A stretch of DNA of 64,000 nt from Bdellovibrionales bacterium (GTDB lineage Bacteria; Bdellovibrionota; Bdellovibrionia; Bdellovibrionales; JAGQZY01): assembly GCA_031429075.1 (NCBI GenBank), contig JANOYW010000080.1, positions 34,991 through 98,990 of the forward strand. The letters are read 5' to 3'. The notes beneath the pieces were generated by a model. The model saw only the letters and a list, made by a program, of their open reading frames with translations, made no database searches and was not told the origin of the DNA. The position numbers and the translations under genes were made by a program. Of this stretch, positions 1-10,053 are shown in pieces. Within the stretch, counting starts at the first letter, position 1, and every line of letters begins with the position of its first letter.

Positions 1-556
1 AGTTCTTGTGCTTAGCCAGCTTGTATCGCAGCCCTATTTTTCTGAGCTAAGAACAAATCAGCAACTAGGCTACGTGGCCCGCGCTGGCGGTGTTCATCAG
101 AGTGGCTTTGTTGGATTGAGTTCAATGTTGCAGTCGCCGAAAGTTGCGTCGGTAACTTTGCAAGAAAAATCGCATGCGTTCTTGGTGCAATTCTTACAAC
201 AAAAGATAGGGACTTTAACTGACGCAGAATTGAAGCCCATTCTGAGTTCCATCGAAAATGAGCTGTTGATGAAGCCCACAACTCTTCCTGAGCGCGAAGC
301 TGAGTTTTTTCAGGCAGCGGTAAAATATGAAGGACGCTTTACGATCCGCAAAGACATCGCAGCGGCGGTCAAAAAAATAAATGCTCAACAGATGAAAGAA
401 TTTATAGAAGCTCATTTTTTAAAACACAAGCCGGCCACGGTCTCACTTTTTTATTTTGGAACCGGGACAAGTTTGGATAAGAAAAAGCTGCCGGGCAATA
501 TTTTTGAAAAGACGGGTGACGTCGCTTGGGATGTGGTAAATCCCTACGTGCGCTAA
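1..556 (+). CDS. Insulinase/M16 peptidase (PtrA/IDE-like), C-terminal part; 5' end lies outside window
   Basis: PYFSELRTNQQLGY matches the conserved M16A C-terminal motif FxxLRTxEQLGY; frame is open from the window edge. Confidence 0.8.
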   Translation, partial: VLVLSQLVSQPYFSELRTNQQLGYVARAGGVHQSGFVGLSSMLQSPKVASVTLQEKSHAFLVQFLQQKIGTLTDAELKPILSSIENELLMKPTTLPEREAEFFQAAVKYEGRFTIRKDIAAAVKKINAQQMKEFIEAHFLKHKPATVSLFYFGTGTSLDKKKLPGNIFEKTGDVAWDVVNPYVR

Positions 557-574
557 TTTTTCAATGGATTAAAA

Positions 575-1408
575 TCATACAGGCGCGATGGCTTGCGCCT
601 GCATAAATGAATACAGGAATACGGCATTGGGATTTTTTTGCGCTTTTTTGAGTTCTAGCATCCCAGCGTCCACAACCTCTTGCGTAACGTAGCCCGCTTT
701 TACTAATTGATCGGCAGCACTCAACAACAATTCTGCCCAGTACTCAATTATTTTTCGCCGCTTCTCTGGCTGTCGGTTGTCTAGATGCCAGGTAATGACC
801 TCGGTTTTTATTTTTTGAAATCCCACGGCGGATAAAAAGTTACCTAACTTTGCACCCACAAAGGGATCCCCGGCACCGTCAAACTGATAGTCGTTAAAAG
901 CCATCCAGTATTTCCACAAGTTTGGGGAATAGGGGTCGAGAAAAAACGAAGAATTAACGACCTCTGTGATGTAAACCACTCCACCGGGGCGCAACACGCG
1001 GCGAACTTCGTTTAAGATTTGTAATGGATCTGGCACATGCTCCAGAATCCAACATAAAAAGGCCCCATCGAAGGAGTGCGCATTAAAGTCCATGTTCTGT
1101 GCGTCCATTTTTTGAATTGTGTAGCGTCCTTTAGCAAGAGGCTGCTGTTCGAGAGTTGCCTGCGCGGCGGCCAGCTGCTCCTCATTGAGGTCGATCCCGG
1201 TGATTTTGATTTGTGGAAAACGACGTAGGAGAATGGAAGTTTGAGCTCCAACGCCGCAACCCACTTCTAGGAGGTTGCGAACTTCGGTCAAATCGACGTT
1301 CTTGTAAACCGTGTGTTCTGCAAATTCTGCCTGTCGACGTAAGCGATCTTGTTCGAGGGGGGAGTAACCATGCAGATAGGGAAGGGAATTTTGGTCTTTT
1401 TTGGCCAT
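575..1408 (-). CDS. Class I SAM-dependent methyltransferase
   Basis: LLEVGCGVG motif I, GIDL motif II, FDGAFLCWILEHV, RRVLRPGG. Confidence 0.9.
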   Translation of the reverse strand: MAKKDQNSLPYLHGYSPLEQDRLRRQAEFAEHTVYKNVDLTEVRNLLEVGCGVGAQTSILLRRFPQIKITGIDLNEEQLAAAQATLEQQPLAKGRYTIQKMDAQNMDFNAHSFDGAFLCWILEHVPDPLQILNEVRRVLRPGGVVYITEVVNSSFFLDPYSPNLWKYWMAFNDYQFDGAGDPFVGAKLGNFLSAVGFQKIKTEVITWHLDNRQPEKRRKIIEYWAELLLSAADQLVKAGYVTQEVVDAGMLELKKAQKNPNAVFLYSFMQAQAIAPV

Positions 1409-1443
1409 GGGTTATTTTTAGAGGAGAATGGCCGACGCTGCAA

Positions 1444-1480
1444 CTAAAAGAAACATGGGTCACAAACGACCCATGTTTCT
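1444..1480 (-). terminator. Rho-independent terminator downstream of 1495-1689
   Basis: 13-bp perfect stem AGAAACATGGGTC/GACCCATGTTTCT (1449-1480) followed by a T-rich run on the minus strand. Confidence 0.75.
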
Positions 1481-1494
1481 GCCCTTAAAAGCGA

Positions 1495-1689
1495 TTAAGC
1501 GTTTTCGGCAGGAGCAGCTTCTGCGGGGGCTTCTTTTTTCTTAGGAGGTGCTTTAAACAAGCCTTCTTTTGTAAGAATCTCGATTTTTTTCTCTGCGTTG
1601 ATCCACTTGTTCTGAGTGTCCAAAACGCAATAGCGGCCACTAGATTTCTTGAATACTTTGTATTCTTTAGTTTCTTTTACTTTTTCCAT
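1495..1689 (-). CDS. Small basic hypothetical protein (64 aa)
   Basis: ATG with GGAG RBS, own terminator, Lys-rich body and Ala/Pro/Glu tail. Confidence 0.75.
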   Translation of the reverse strand: MEKVKETKEYKVFKKSSGRYCVLDTQNKWINAEKKIEILTKEGLFKAPPKKKEAPAEAAPAENA

Positions 1690-1777
1690 AAATACTCCTA
1701 AAAAGGTTGTGAGGTTCCTGTCTACTGGCGCAGAACGACCTTGTCAATTGTCCATGACCCCAGTTAAGTTTTAGACG

Positions 1778-2935
1778 ATGGAACGAGAGTTAAGCGTCAG
1801 TCCTACTTTAAATAACGACAAGTACTGTCCTCTTTTCTGGAACAGCCTTGCATTGAACGCCACGGGGGCCATTAAGCCCTGTTGTCGATTTATGGAGGAT
1901 CCGCCAGCACCTCAAAGTTTAAAGCCAGGAGATTTAGAAGCGGCCCTCCATAGCTCCAGTTTTATCGCCGCGAGGCAGGCTGTTTCTGAGGGGCTCAAAG
2001 TCTTAGCTTGCAAGCGCTGTCACAACGAAGAAAGCTCCGGCATCCGAAGTCTCCGTCAAACACGGCTAAATCCAAAAGCCAAAACTTTTCATGGTCTAGA
2101 AACCTCTTTGCAGCAAATTGAATTTGTAGAAATTTTTCTAGGTCGAGAGTGCAATCTGGCGTGTCACTCTTGCAAGCCATCCCTGAGCACAAGATGGGGA
2201 GCCGAGTTCAAAAAAATGGGTTTACCTCTTGAGACCTACAAATCCTTTGATTATGAGGAATTAAATCTTTCAAGTTTTGAGTCTTTAAAAGAAGTAAAAT
2301 TTGTTGGTGGGGAAACGTTTATCAATGACCAGCATTTAAAAGTTTTAGCAACGATTCCCATAGAGCAGCGAAGAAATTTAAACATCGAATATTACACCAA
2401 TGCCACCAGACCCATTCCTCAAACATGGTTTGATTTTTGGAGTGACTTTAAGAGAGTCACTATTAGGTTTAGCATCGATGGTTACGGCGCTCTCAATGAA
2501 TACATTCGGTATCCAAGCCAGTGGTCGGTCATTCAGGAGAACATTAACAACGCAGTTTCAAAAAAAAGAGAAAAGATAGAGTTTAGAGTTCAAACGACGG
2601 TGAGCGTGTATAACGTATTTAAATATAAAGAAATTGTGAATTGGTGGGAGCAGGTCATTTCCACTGCGACAAATAGTATACAACCAGTGAAGTTAAATTT
2701 ATTAGATGAGCCTTCATTTATGTCACTGCCTGTTTTGAAGTTAGCTCCAAAATTGTTGGAAACGATAGAGATGCCAGCTGAATGGCTCCGTTTTATCAAA
2801 AATGCCGAGGCAAACCCTGCTCAGGTTGAAAGATTGAAAAACTACACGGAGTCTCTTGATAAACATCGGCAACTGCAGGTGGGCAGGTTTGTTCCCGAGC
2901 TCCTCGACTTATTTTCTGAAGCTAAGGTGATGTGA
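1778..2935 (+). CDS. Radical SAM protein with N-terminal twitch domain (subfamily A)
   Basis: YCPLFW..G.IKPCC...CKRC, then ECNLACHSC, VGGE, FSIDG..NEYIRYPS.W. Confidence 0.9.
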   Translation: MERELSVSPTLNNDKYCPLFWNSLALNATGAIKPCCRFMEDPPAPQSLKPGDLEAALHSSSFIAARQAVSEGLKVLACKRCHNEESSGIRSLRQTRLNPKAKTFHGLETSLQQIEFVEIFLGRECNLACHSCKPSLSTRWGAEFKKMGLPLETYKSFDYEELNLSSFESLKEVKFVGGETFINDQHLKVLATIPIEQRRNLNIEYYTNATRPIPQTWFDFWSDFKRVTIRFSIDGYGALNEYIRYPSQWSVIQENINNAVSKKREKIEFRVQTTVSVYNVFKYKEIVNWWEQVISTATNSIQPVKLNLLDEPSFMSLPVLKLAPKLLETIEMPAEWLRFIKNAEANPAQVERLKNYTESLDKHRQLQVGRFVPELLDLFSEAKVM

Positions 2936-3041
2936 GGCGGGCTGCGCAGAGTCAAAATTGATGGTCAATTTGATGAATTGCGTCGATTATTTCTAAGTTT
3001 AAGTCGGTGGAAAATCATGTAGAGTTTGTTGGGGAGCTCGA

Positions 3042-4322
3042 ATGGAAAACCAGGGTGAATTTGTAGCAATGAAATTTAAATCCAATTTTGTAGGCGCTAC
3101 AAGTGTGGACTGGTATGTCGGAAAGCGCTGTAACTTTGACTGTAGCTACTGCGTGGACTACCTGCACGACAGCACTTCGCCACATGTACCACTAGCAAAT
3201 ATGAAGAAGTTTGTGGATTTTGTGCACGAAAAAAGTGGTGCGAACGTTTTGTGGAGCCTCACTGGTGGCGAGCCAACGCTGAACCCAGACTTCGAGAGCA
3301 TTTGTGAATATATTCGCGTGAAAGGTTCCTCGAATATTAGCATCACAACAAACGGATCTAGAACCGCAAAATACTATGTACAGCTTTTTGAACACCTTGA
3401 TCATATTACTTTGAGTCTTCATTTTGAACATATCGCGCCGAAAAGTTTGTCTTACGTCGAAAAAGTTATTCAAATCGAAAACTGGCGAAAAAAATGGAAC
3501 GAAGAGAATCGAGCAAACTTCAAAAAAGGTCTCGCCCGTAAAAAAACTTTTTTAGTTCGTTTTATGGTCTATCCAGGACTTTTTGAAATGATTGAAGAGA
3601 TGAAGGCGCGCTTTCAAGAGGCTAGTGTTGAGCGCGTTGAATATAGATACATCAGGCCGCTGTCGGGTGGAGCCAACGAACAAATGCCAAGCAAACGGCT
3701 TGAGTTTGCGCAGAATCATGATACCGAAAAAAATCTTTCTCGAATCCATCGGATAGGTAGCGAAATAAAAACGCGAATTACAAAACACTATTTACAATTA
3801 AAATATAAAAAGTTTGATCCTAAGGAAACGCCCCAGGACACGCTTTCTTCAAAGGATCGGCTGGCGATTAAAGACATCGTCGCTCGGGAAGAAAATTGGT
3901 ATTCCGATGGTGAGAAAAAGAAGCTGGATGAGTATTTTTCGGAAGATAACGAAAAAAAACTAATGCTTTTTTTCGAAAAAGAGGGAGAAGTTCAGCCTTC
4001 GGATTATCACTACAATAAACTTAATTTTGAGCGAAAGTCGAATTTTGAGGGATGGTTGTGTTGGGCTGGAATTAAACATATGAAAATCGCCCCTAATGGG
4101 GACATTTACGTTGGTTCATGCCACGTTGGTGGCAAGCGGGGAAATATTTACGAGATAGAGAAAGGCATTGATATGCCAGCGGAGCCATTGCGCTGTCCAA
4201 AGTGGCGCTGTACGGATCATTTGGATTTACGCGTTCCCAAAATTAAAGATTGGAAATACTACAAGCATGTTGAAATAGCCGTGGGAGGGGCGGAGAGATC
4301 CGCACAAAATCAAAATGTCTAA
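3042..4322 (+). CDS. Radical SAM protein with C-terminal SPASM/twitch-like domain (subfamily C)
   Basis: WYVGKRCNFDCSYC, TGGEP, TTNGS; C-terminal FEGWLCWAG..G.I...C..CPKWRC; GGGGAG RBS. Confidence 0.9.
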   Translation: MENQGEFVAMKFKSNFVGATSVDWYVGKRCNFDCSYCVDYLHDSTSPHVPLANMKKFVDFVHEKSGANVLWSLTGGEPTLNPDFESICEYIRVKGSSNISITTNGSRTAKYYVQLFEHLDHITLSLHFEHIAPKSLSYVEKVIQIENWRKKWNEENRANFKKGLARKKTFLVRFMVYPGLFEMIEEMKARFQEASVERVEYRYIRPLSGGANEQMPSKRLEFAQNHDTEKNLSRIHRIGSEIKTRITKHYLQLKYKKFDPKETPQDTLSSKDRLAIKDIVAREENWYSDGEKKKLDEYFSEDNEKKLMLFFEKEGEVQPSDYHYNKLNFERKSNFEGWLCWAGIKHMKIAPNGDIYVGSCHVGGKRGNIYEIEKGIDMPAEPLRCPKWRCTDHLDLRVPKIKDWKYYKHVEIAVGGAERSAQNQNV

Positions 4323-5748
4323 AAAATCAGTTTTTTGCGTAGCTCCCTTTGTTGCACTAAACACTCGCGGACATGGGAACATTCGTGTTTGCTGCTCTAT
4401 TTTAAAAACAGATCGTGGAATTCCAAAAGAAATGACAGTTGACGATAATAATAAAGCCTACGATGAGCGCCAAAGCGATTTTATCTACAACGGCAGTTAC
4501 TACAACTTAACTTTGGACTCCTTTGAAGAAATTTGGAACAGTCCGTTTTATAAAGATATGCGAAAAAAAATGGTCGTCGGAGAGCCGATTTCGAACTGTG
4601 CGTACTGCTACGACATGGAAAAGAATGGTCTTTGGAGCAAACGAATGGGCAGAAATTTGCATTTTTTGGGAAATCCAGAGGGTGACTACGAAACAAACCC
4701 ATCGCCAGAGCCACTTCATCAAAAAACCAGCCAACTCATTCGCAACTGCATTCAATCAGAATACGTGGCCACAGAGACTCCACAGTGGTTGGAACTGCGG
4801 TTTTCAACAATCTGCAATTTGCGCTGTGTGATGTGCTCACCGTCGTTGAGTACTTCGCTTTACGAAGAGTACGACAGCAACCAAAGTTTGTTAAGCGATC
4901 GACAAAAAGGATCTTTAAAAATCGCCAGTAAAATTGCAGAGACAGGGCAGGTTCGGGATTCTGATTTTTTTATGCAGGAAATCAGAAAGATCTCAACCAA
5001 AGGCTTATTTTTTGAGTTTCGCGGTGGCGAAATCTTACAAGATAAAAAAATGTTAAAATTTATGGAAGAGCTTTCGACCGAGGAGCGCGCGCCACAGATG
5101 ATGCTGGATATTACCACCAACGGTATCGGTCTGAACCAAGATCACATAAAGATTTTGAGTCGGTTTAAAGGTGGTAAACTCAAAATCAGTGTCGATGCCT
5201 TTGAGCGAGAAAATGAACTGATTCGGTATCCTTCAAAATGGAAGATGACCGTGAATGCTTTAAAGCAATTTAAAGGCTTACACAAAGGTTGGGTACCCTA
5301 CGTGCAACCGACCTTGAGTGCCTTTCAGGCACCAACAATTGACAGACTCTTGTTATTCTTAGAGAAATTTTCCTTAGAAGAAGGCATCGATCTTCGAGTC
5401 AACGTAACTAAAGTGCGCGGCTTTGAGCACTTGATGTTGAACCTTGTTCCTCTTGAGGATCGTGTCGCAGCGGCCGAGAGTGCCATGGCCATCGCGCAGA
5501 AATCGTTTCTTTGTGCACCAGATGCTATTTATGGAAACAAAAATCGCGAAAGTATTATTGGGCTAAGTCAGGCTCTCAGAGAACCGCAAATAAAAGATGC
5601 TAAAAGTCTTCGTAATCTTTTCGCGCACGTGGACAGCCTTTCGGCGATACGCAAAATCAATTACTACGACACTTTTCCACACTTAGCTCGTATGAAAAAA
5701 GAATTCGAAGAAATACTTTTGCAGGAGCAAGATAGTGCAAGATACTGA
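4315..5748 (+). CDS. Radical SAM protein with N-terminal twitch domain (subfamily A)
   Basis: FCVAPF..RVCC...CAYC, then ICNLRCVMC, RGGE, ISVDA..NELIRYPSKW. Confidence 0.9.
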   Translation: MSKKSVFCVAPFVALNTRGHGNIRVCCSILKTDRGIPKEMTVDDNNKAYDERQSDFIYNGSYYNLTLDSFEEIWNSPFYKDMRKKMVVGEPISNCAYCYDMEKNGLWSKRMGRNLHFLGNPEGDYETNPSPEPLHQKTSQLIRNCIQSEYVATETPQWLELRFSTICNLRCVMCSPSLSTSLYEEYDSNQSLLSDRQKGSLKIASKIAETGQVRDSDFFMQEIRKISTKGLFFEFRGGEILQDKKMLKFMEELSTEERAPQMMLDITTNGIGLNQDHIKILSRFKGGKLKISVDAFERENELIRYPSKWKMTVNALKQFKGLHKGWVPYVQPTLSAFQAPTIDRLLLFLEKFSLEEGIDLRVNVTKVRGFEHLMLNLVPLEDRVAAAESAMAIAQKSFLCAPDAIYGNKNRESIIGLSQALREPQIKDAKSLRNLFAHVDSLSAIRKINYYDTFPHLARMKKEFEEILLQEQDSARY

Positions 5749-6397
5749 ACTTCTAGAGAGCGAGAAAACCCACTTTCTTTTGCCTAACTTTCCACAAGAG
5801 TTCATTCTAAAGGGACGAGAGCTTTGGAAAGAAATTCAAGCACTGGATGTAAATGGACCGGGAAGCCACGAAGTTCCAAAAATGATTCCGCTCAATGGCA
5901 GTCCGCATTTTTTTGTTCGTCGAGCCTCCAGAACGTTTATCATGTACAAAATTACTGGGCCGCAAAAAAGAATTTTTCAAGTTATCGATGAAGACGATTC
6001 CGTTGAATTTTATGTGGGTCTTGCCGAAAAATATGTAGCCGATCCGCACCTGGATCGAGGTCGAAGACTGTGTGCAATTAATCTACCCATCGACGTGAAC
6101 TACGCTGAAAGTTTTTTTATGATAGGGAAGTACTTCGACCATTGTAAATACCGAGAGAAGCCAGTGGCCGATTCCCCGTATCAATTTCAACTCGACAATT
6201 CCGATGATCCAGGTGGTAAATTTTATTACGACAAAGAACATTTCGAGCAATATAGCATGGAGACGCCAGTTCTCTTCAGCGCGAAAACTCCTCACGGGGG
6301 TAGAAGTTGGGCAAAAACACCACGTGTAGTAATGAGCATCGGGTTTGCGCAACCCCTCAGCGTGATACAACGTAAACTACCCAAAGAGTGGTTTTAA
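5735..6397 (+). CDS. Putative 2OG-Fe(II) oxygenase / cupin-fold protein
   Basis: PHLD (HxD) ... AINLPI ... PVLFSAKTPHGG ... RVVMSIGF gives an HxD...H triad plus distal Arg; overlaps both neighbours. Confidence 0.6.
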   Translation: MQDTELLESEKTHFLLPNFPQEFILKGRELWKEIQALDVNGPGSHEVPKMIPLNGSPHFFVRRASRTFIMYKITGPQKRIFQVIDEDDSVEFYVGLAEKYVADPHLDRGRRLCAINLPIDVNYAESFFMIGKYFDHCKYREKPVADSPYQFQLDNSDDPGGKFYYDKEHFEQYSMETPVLFSAKTPHGGRSWAKTPRVVMSIGFAQPLSVIQRKLPKEWF

Positions 6398-7650
6398 TGT
6401 CGTTAAATGATGCAAAAATCACATCGACAACTTATTGCGTAAATTTGTTTTACCAATTAGGTACCAAAGTTGATGGAAGTTTTCGCCCCTGTTGTAATTA
6501 TTCAGGTCCAATTATGGATAAAGATGGGCAACCCGTGCATGCATCGACCCATTCCATCCAGGAGTATTTTAACTCCGAGGGTATGAAAGCGCTGCAAAAC
6601 AAATCTCTAAATAGTGAAAAAGTACCGGGGTGCGAGAGTTGTTACCACTATGAAGCGAATACGGGGCAGTCCAAGCGCGTAAGGGACAACATTAAATTTC
6701 AAGAAGCTACCGCCAACGAAAATCCTTCAGAGGGCGGTAAAATTAAAATTCTTGATTTGCGAATGGGGAATCTTTGTAATTTGGGCTGTGTCTCCTGCCA
6801 ACCATTGCTATCTTCAAAATTAGAAAAATTGTGGGGAGAACACGGTGCCGACAAATTTTCGGATAAAAGTGTAGCCGCCCAAATACCCGCCAAACATCGT
6901 TCGTGGTACAAGAGTAGTCAATTCGTTGATGAAATTGGTGAGAACAGTCATGGCATAGTGTCCCTCGCATTGGTCGGCGGAGAACCGTTGATCAATCCGT
7001 ATAATATCGCGCTGCTTAAAAAGCTCAGCCACCTTGGAAAAAAGCTTAAGCTTTCGGTCACCTCGAATATCTTTTCTGTTCCCGAGGATGTGCTGGAGCT
7101 GCTTAAAGTATTCAATACAACAATTGATTGCTCTCTTGATGGCATCGGTCCCATGATTGAATACATACGTTACCCGGTGAAGTTTGATGATGTGGTAAAT
7201 AATTACAAGCGTATTTGCGAAGTGGGGATCTCAACACGAATCATATGTACGATTTCGGTTCTCAATCTATTTCATATCGCAGAAAGTTATGAATTTTACC
7301 ATCAATTGAACAAGAATTTTGGGCGAAAGCTAAAAATGTCGGTGGGTAATCTTGTGTTGAAACCTGAGCACTTAGCAATTAGACATCTCCCCGAGGCTTA
7401 TAAACAGAGGGCCATCCAGCAGTTAACAGATTTTTATGGGACGCTCTCGAGAGATCATCACGAAGACACCATTAGAGGAAGTACGCGGAACCTCATCAGC
7501 TATCTACAGAACTCTAAAGGCGATATTAAGAAGATTCGCGATAAATGGAAATTCATCGAAAACTATGATCAAATCAGAGGAAATTCTTGGCAAAAAGTTG
7601 CTCCTCACCTGCAAGGAATCTTAGATGCTCAGCCTGAACTCAGCATTTAA
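6397..7650 (+). CDS. Radical SAM protein with N-terminal twitch domain (subfamily A)
   Basis: YCVNLF..FRPCC...CESC, then LCNLGCVSC, VGGEP; ATG overlaps the upstream TAA (TAATG). Confidence 0.9.
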   Translation: MSLNDAKITSTTYCVNLFYQLGTKVDGSFRPCCNYSGPIMDKDGQPVHASTHSIQEYFNSEGMKALQNKSLNSEKVPGCESCYHYEANTGQSKRVRDNIKFQEATANENPSEGGKIKILDLRMGNLCNLGCVSCQPLLSSKLEKLWGEHGADKFSDKSVAAQIPAKHRSWYKSSQFVDEIGENSHGIVSLALVGGEPLINPYNIALLKKLSHLGKKLKLSVTSNIFSVPEDVLELLKVFNTTIDCSLDGIGPMIEYIRYPVKFDDVVNNYKRICEVGISTRIICTISVLNLFHIAESYEFYHQLNKNFGRKLKMSVGNLVLKPEHLAIRHLPEAYKQRAIQQLTDFYGTLSRDHHEDTIRGSTRNLISYLQNSKGDIKKIRDKWKFIENYDQIRGNSWQKVAPHLQGILDAQPELSI

Positions 7651-8932
7651 ATTTCTTACCAAAGAATTGCGTTTCATTGCAAGACGTCGCTGGCGAAAAC
7701 GTCAGCTGAACAATACATTTTGCATTAATTTTTTCTCCCAGGCATCGACTAAGACAAATGGTCTGTTTCGCCCATGTTGTCATTTTGTGGGAGTGATCAA
7801 GGATGAAAATGAGAAGCCGTTCCATGCCGCAACCCATTCTATTAAGGATTACTTTTTTTCCAATGCCTTGAAAGAAATTCGGCGCAAAGCCTTAAACAAA
7901 GAGGCAATTAAAGGCTGTGAGAATTGCTACGAAATAGAAAAAGCAACTCAGCAGTCAAAAAGAGTCCGAGATAATGATCGGTATCATGAAATTTGGAAAG
8001 AGATCCGAAAAAAACCGGAGCGAGCAGAAATTAAAATGTTAGATTTACGGCTGGGAAATGACTGCAATTTAGGATGCGTTAGCTGTATTCCGGCTTTGTC
8101 ATCAAAATTAGAGCAGCTTTGGGATAAGCATGGCGCAATTCATTTTACTGACGACCCAATGCTCACCAAACCTGTGAAACCCAAAGAGGTATCGATTCCG
8201 TGGTACAACCAAATAAACCTGGTTGAGCAAATTAATGAATTACAAAATGATCTTTCCTATTTGGCCTACGTCGGCGGAGAGCCACTCATTAATGATACAA
8301 ATTTTGACATTTTGGAAAGTCTTGAAGGTAAGGGTAAGAAATTAAATTTACATGTCACCTCCAACCTCATGGCTCTTACCGATGAAAAATTACGCACGTT
8401 AGAAAAATTTAACACCCAAATCAACTGCTCCCTGGATGGGGTGAATGAAACCATCGAGTACATTCGTTTTCCAGCCAAGTTTTGGGTCATCGAAAAAAAC
8501 CTTAGAAAAATCCTAAATTCGTCGGTGAACGTGCAGATTATTTTCACGGTTTCTGTGCTCAATATTTTTCATATCGTTGAAGCCTATCGAGTGTATCGAA
8601 AAATCCACGATGACTGCGGGCGGGGTCTCAATTTAACGGTCGGCAACTTTGTTATCAAGCCAGGCCATCTTGCCGTTAAAAATCTCCCAAAAGAGCTTAA
8701 GCAACAAGCCCTCACCCAACTTGAGCCGTTGTATTATGAAATCAAGCGCGACGAAACACAGGCGGTGTTCAGTGCCAGCTTGCTCAGTCTTATTAAGTAT
8801 CTCCATAACACCGAGGGCGATGTTGACATCATCAAAAGCGGCTGGCGATTTGTGAAAAAATACGATGAAATTCGAGGAAATAATTGGAAAGAGTGTGCTC
8901 CATGGATGGGAGAAGTTCTCAATGAACTCTAG
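7625..8932 (+). CDS. Radical SAM protein with N-terminal twitch domain (subfamily A); tandem paralog of 6397-7650
   Basis: FCINFF..FRPCC...CENC, then DCNLGCVSC, VGGEP; collinear similarity to the upstream gene. Confidence 0.9.
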   Translation: MLSLNSAFKFLTKELRFIARRRWRKRQLNNTFCINFFSQASTKTNGLFRPCCHFVGVIKDENEKPFHAATHSIKDYFFSNALKEIRRKALNKEAIKGCENCYEIEKATQQSKRVRDNDRYHEIWKEIRKKPERAEIKMLDLRLGNDCNLGCVSCIPALSSKLEQLWDKHGAIHFTDDPMLTKPVKPKEVSIPWYNQINLVEQINELQNDLSYLAYVGGEPLINDTNFDILESLEGKGKKLNLHVTSNLMALTDEKLRTLEKFNTQINCSLDGVNETIEYIRFPAKFWVIEKNLRKILNSSVNVQIIFTVSVLNIFHIVEAYRVYRKIHDDCGRGLNLTVGNFVIKPGHLAVKNLPKELKQQALTQLEPLYYEIKRDETQAVFSASLLSLIKYLHNTEGDVDIIKSGWRFVKKYDEIRGNNWKECAPWMGEVLNEL

Positions 8933-10052
8933 TAATTTTATTGGTCTAAACGACATTGAGACAATTCAGGTGGATCATAATTCCACTTGCAATCTGCGGT
9001 GCCCGCAGTGTGCGCGTATCGTCAATGGAGAAATTAATAAATGTTTACCCGTTAAAACTCTGCCACTGGATTTTTACGACCGGGTTTTTACCCGCCAAAT
9101 GTTTGAAAGTGTACAACGAGTTTTCTTTTGCGGGAATTACGGAGATGTAGCGGCCAGCGAAAATATTTTGGAAGTTTGCAGACTATTAAAAAGTAGAGGT
9201 CTAAAGACCATATCAATAACCACCAATGGCAGTTTAAGAGAAGCGAGCTGGTGGGCAGAATGCGCAAAAATTTTGGCCGGCCCCACAGATAAGGTGCTTT
9301 TTAGTATTGATGGCCTTGAAGACACCAATCATCTTTACCGGGTTGGCAGTCGTTTTTCGCAAATTATGAGTAACGCTCAGGCGTTTATCGATGCCGGCGG
9401 TAATGCACGTTGGGAGTATTTGGTTTTCGCGCACAATGAACATCAGGTCGAAGAAGCACAGTCCATGGCAAAAAAAATGGGTTTCAAATCTTTTAAGATT
9501 AAAAAAACGAATCGATTTATTCAAGATAAGGAATATAAGTCTGGGAGAGCTGCCGAAAAAAGCGAAGTTTTTAATAAAAAACTAAATAACACTTACACTC
9601 TTTCGCAACCGGCTTTAGATAAAAACCAACCTCTTGCGCTCACAAACTTCAAAAACATTATTCAGGATCATGGGAGTTGGAATAACTACATCAACAGCAC
9701 GTCCATCTCTTGCAAAGCACAAAAAGAAAAAACTGTATTTATTGATTTTAATGGAGATCTTTGGCCCTGCACCTGGCTTGCGGCACCTCGATATTTTAGC
9801 GGAGACGAGAATTTGCAAAAACAACAGATCCTTAAACTGCTACAAATTTTTGGCGAATCATTTAATAATCTTAATTCGCACACTTTTGAGGAGATATTAA
9901 ATCACCCATGGTTTGCAAAAGAGCTAACTAAGAGTTGGTCAAGTCGTATGGAAGATAGTCTTCCCAAGATGATGACCTGTGGACGAACCTGTGGACAGAG
10001 CTATGAGTTTTCTAGCAATGCTCCCGAAAACAAAGTGATTGTGCAGTTTTAG
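8922..10052 (+). CDS. Radical SAM protein, subfamily B (C-terminal Cys-rich twitch-like domain)
   Basis: TCNLRCPQCAR, CGNYGD, FSIDGLEDTNHLYR, WEYLVFAHNEHQ, ISCK..WPC..CGRTCG; start placed at ATG 8922 with GGAG RBS. Confidence 0.9.
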   Translation: MNSSNFIGLNDIETIQVDHNSTCNLRCPQCARIVNGEINKCLPVKTLPLDFYDRVFTRQMFESVQRVFFCGNYGDVAASENILEVCRLLKSRGLKTISITTNGSLREASWWAECAKILAGPTDKVLFSIDGLEDTNHLYRVGSRFSQIMSNAQAFIDAGGNARWEYLVFAHNEHQVEEAQSMAKKMGFKSFKIKKTNRFIQDKEYKSGRAAEKSEVFNKKLNNTYTLSQPALDKNQPLALTNFKNIIQDHGSWNNYINSTSISCKAQKEKTVFIDFNGDLWPCTWLAAPRYFSGDENLQKQQILKLLQIFGESFNNLNSHTFEEILNHPWFAKELTKSWSSRMEDSLPKMMTCGRTCGQSYEFSSNAPENKVIVQF

Positions 10053-10053
10053 T

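Noticed and set aside
1495-1689. 64-aa protein as the radical SAM precursor peptide
   Set aside because: Divergent from the cluster with its own terminator; looks like a folded basic protein with only one Cys and no leader/core pattern.
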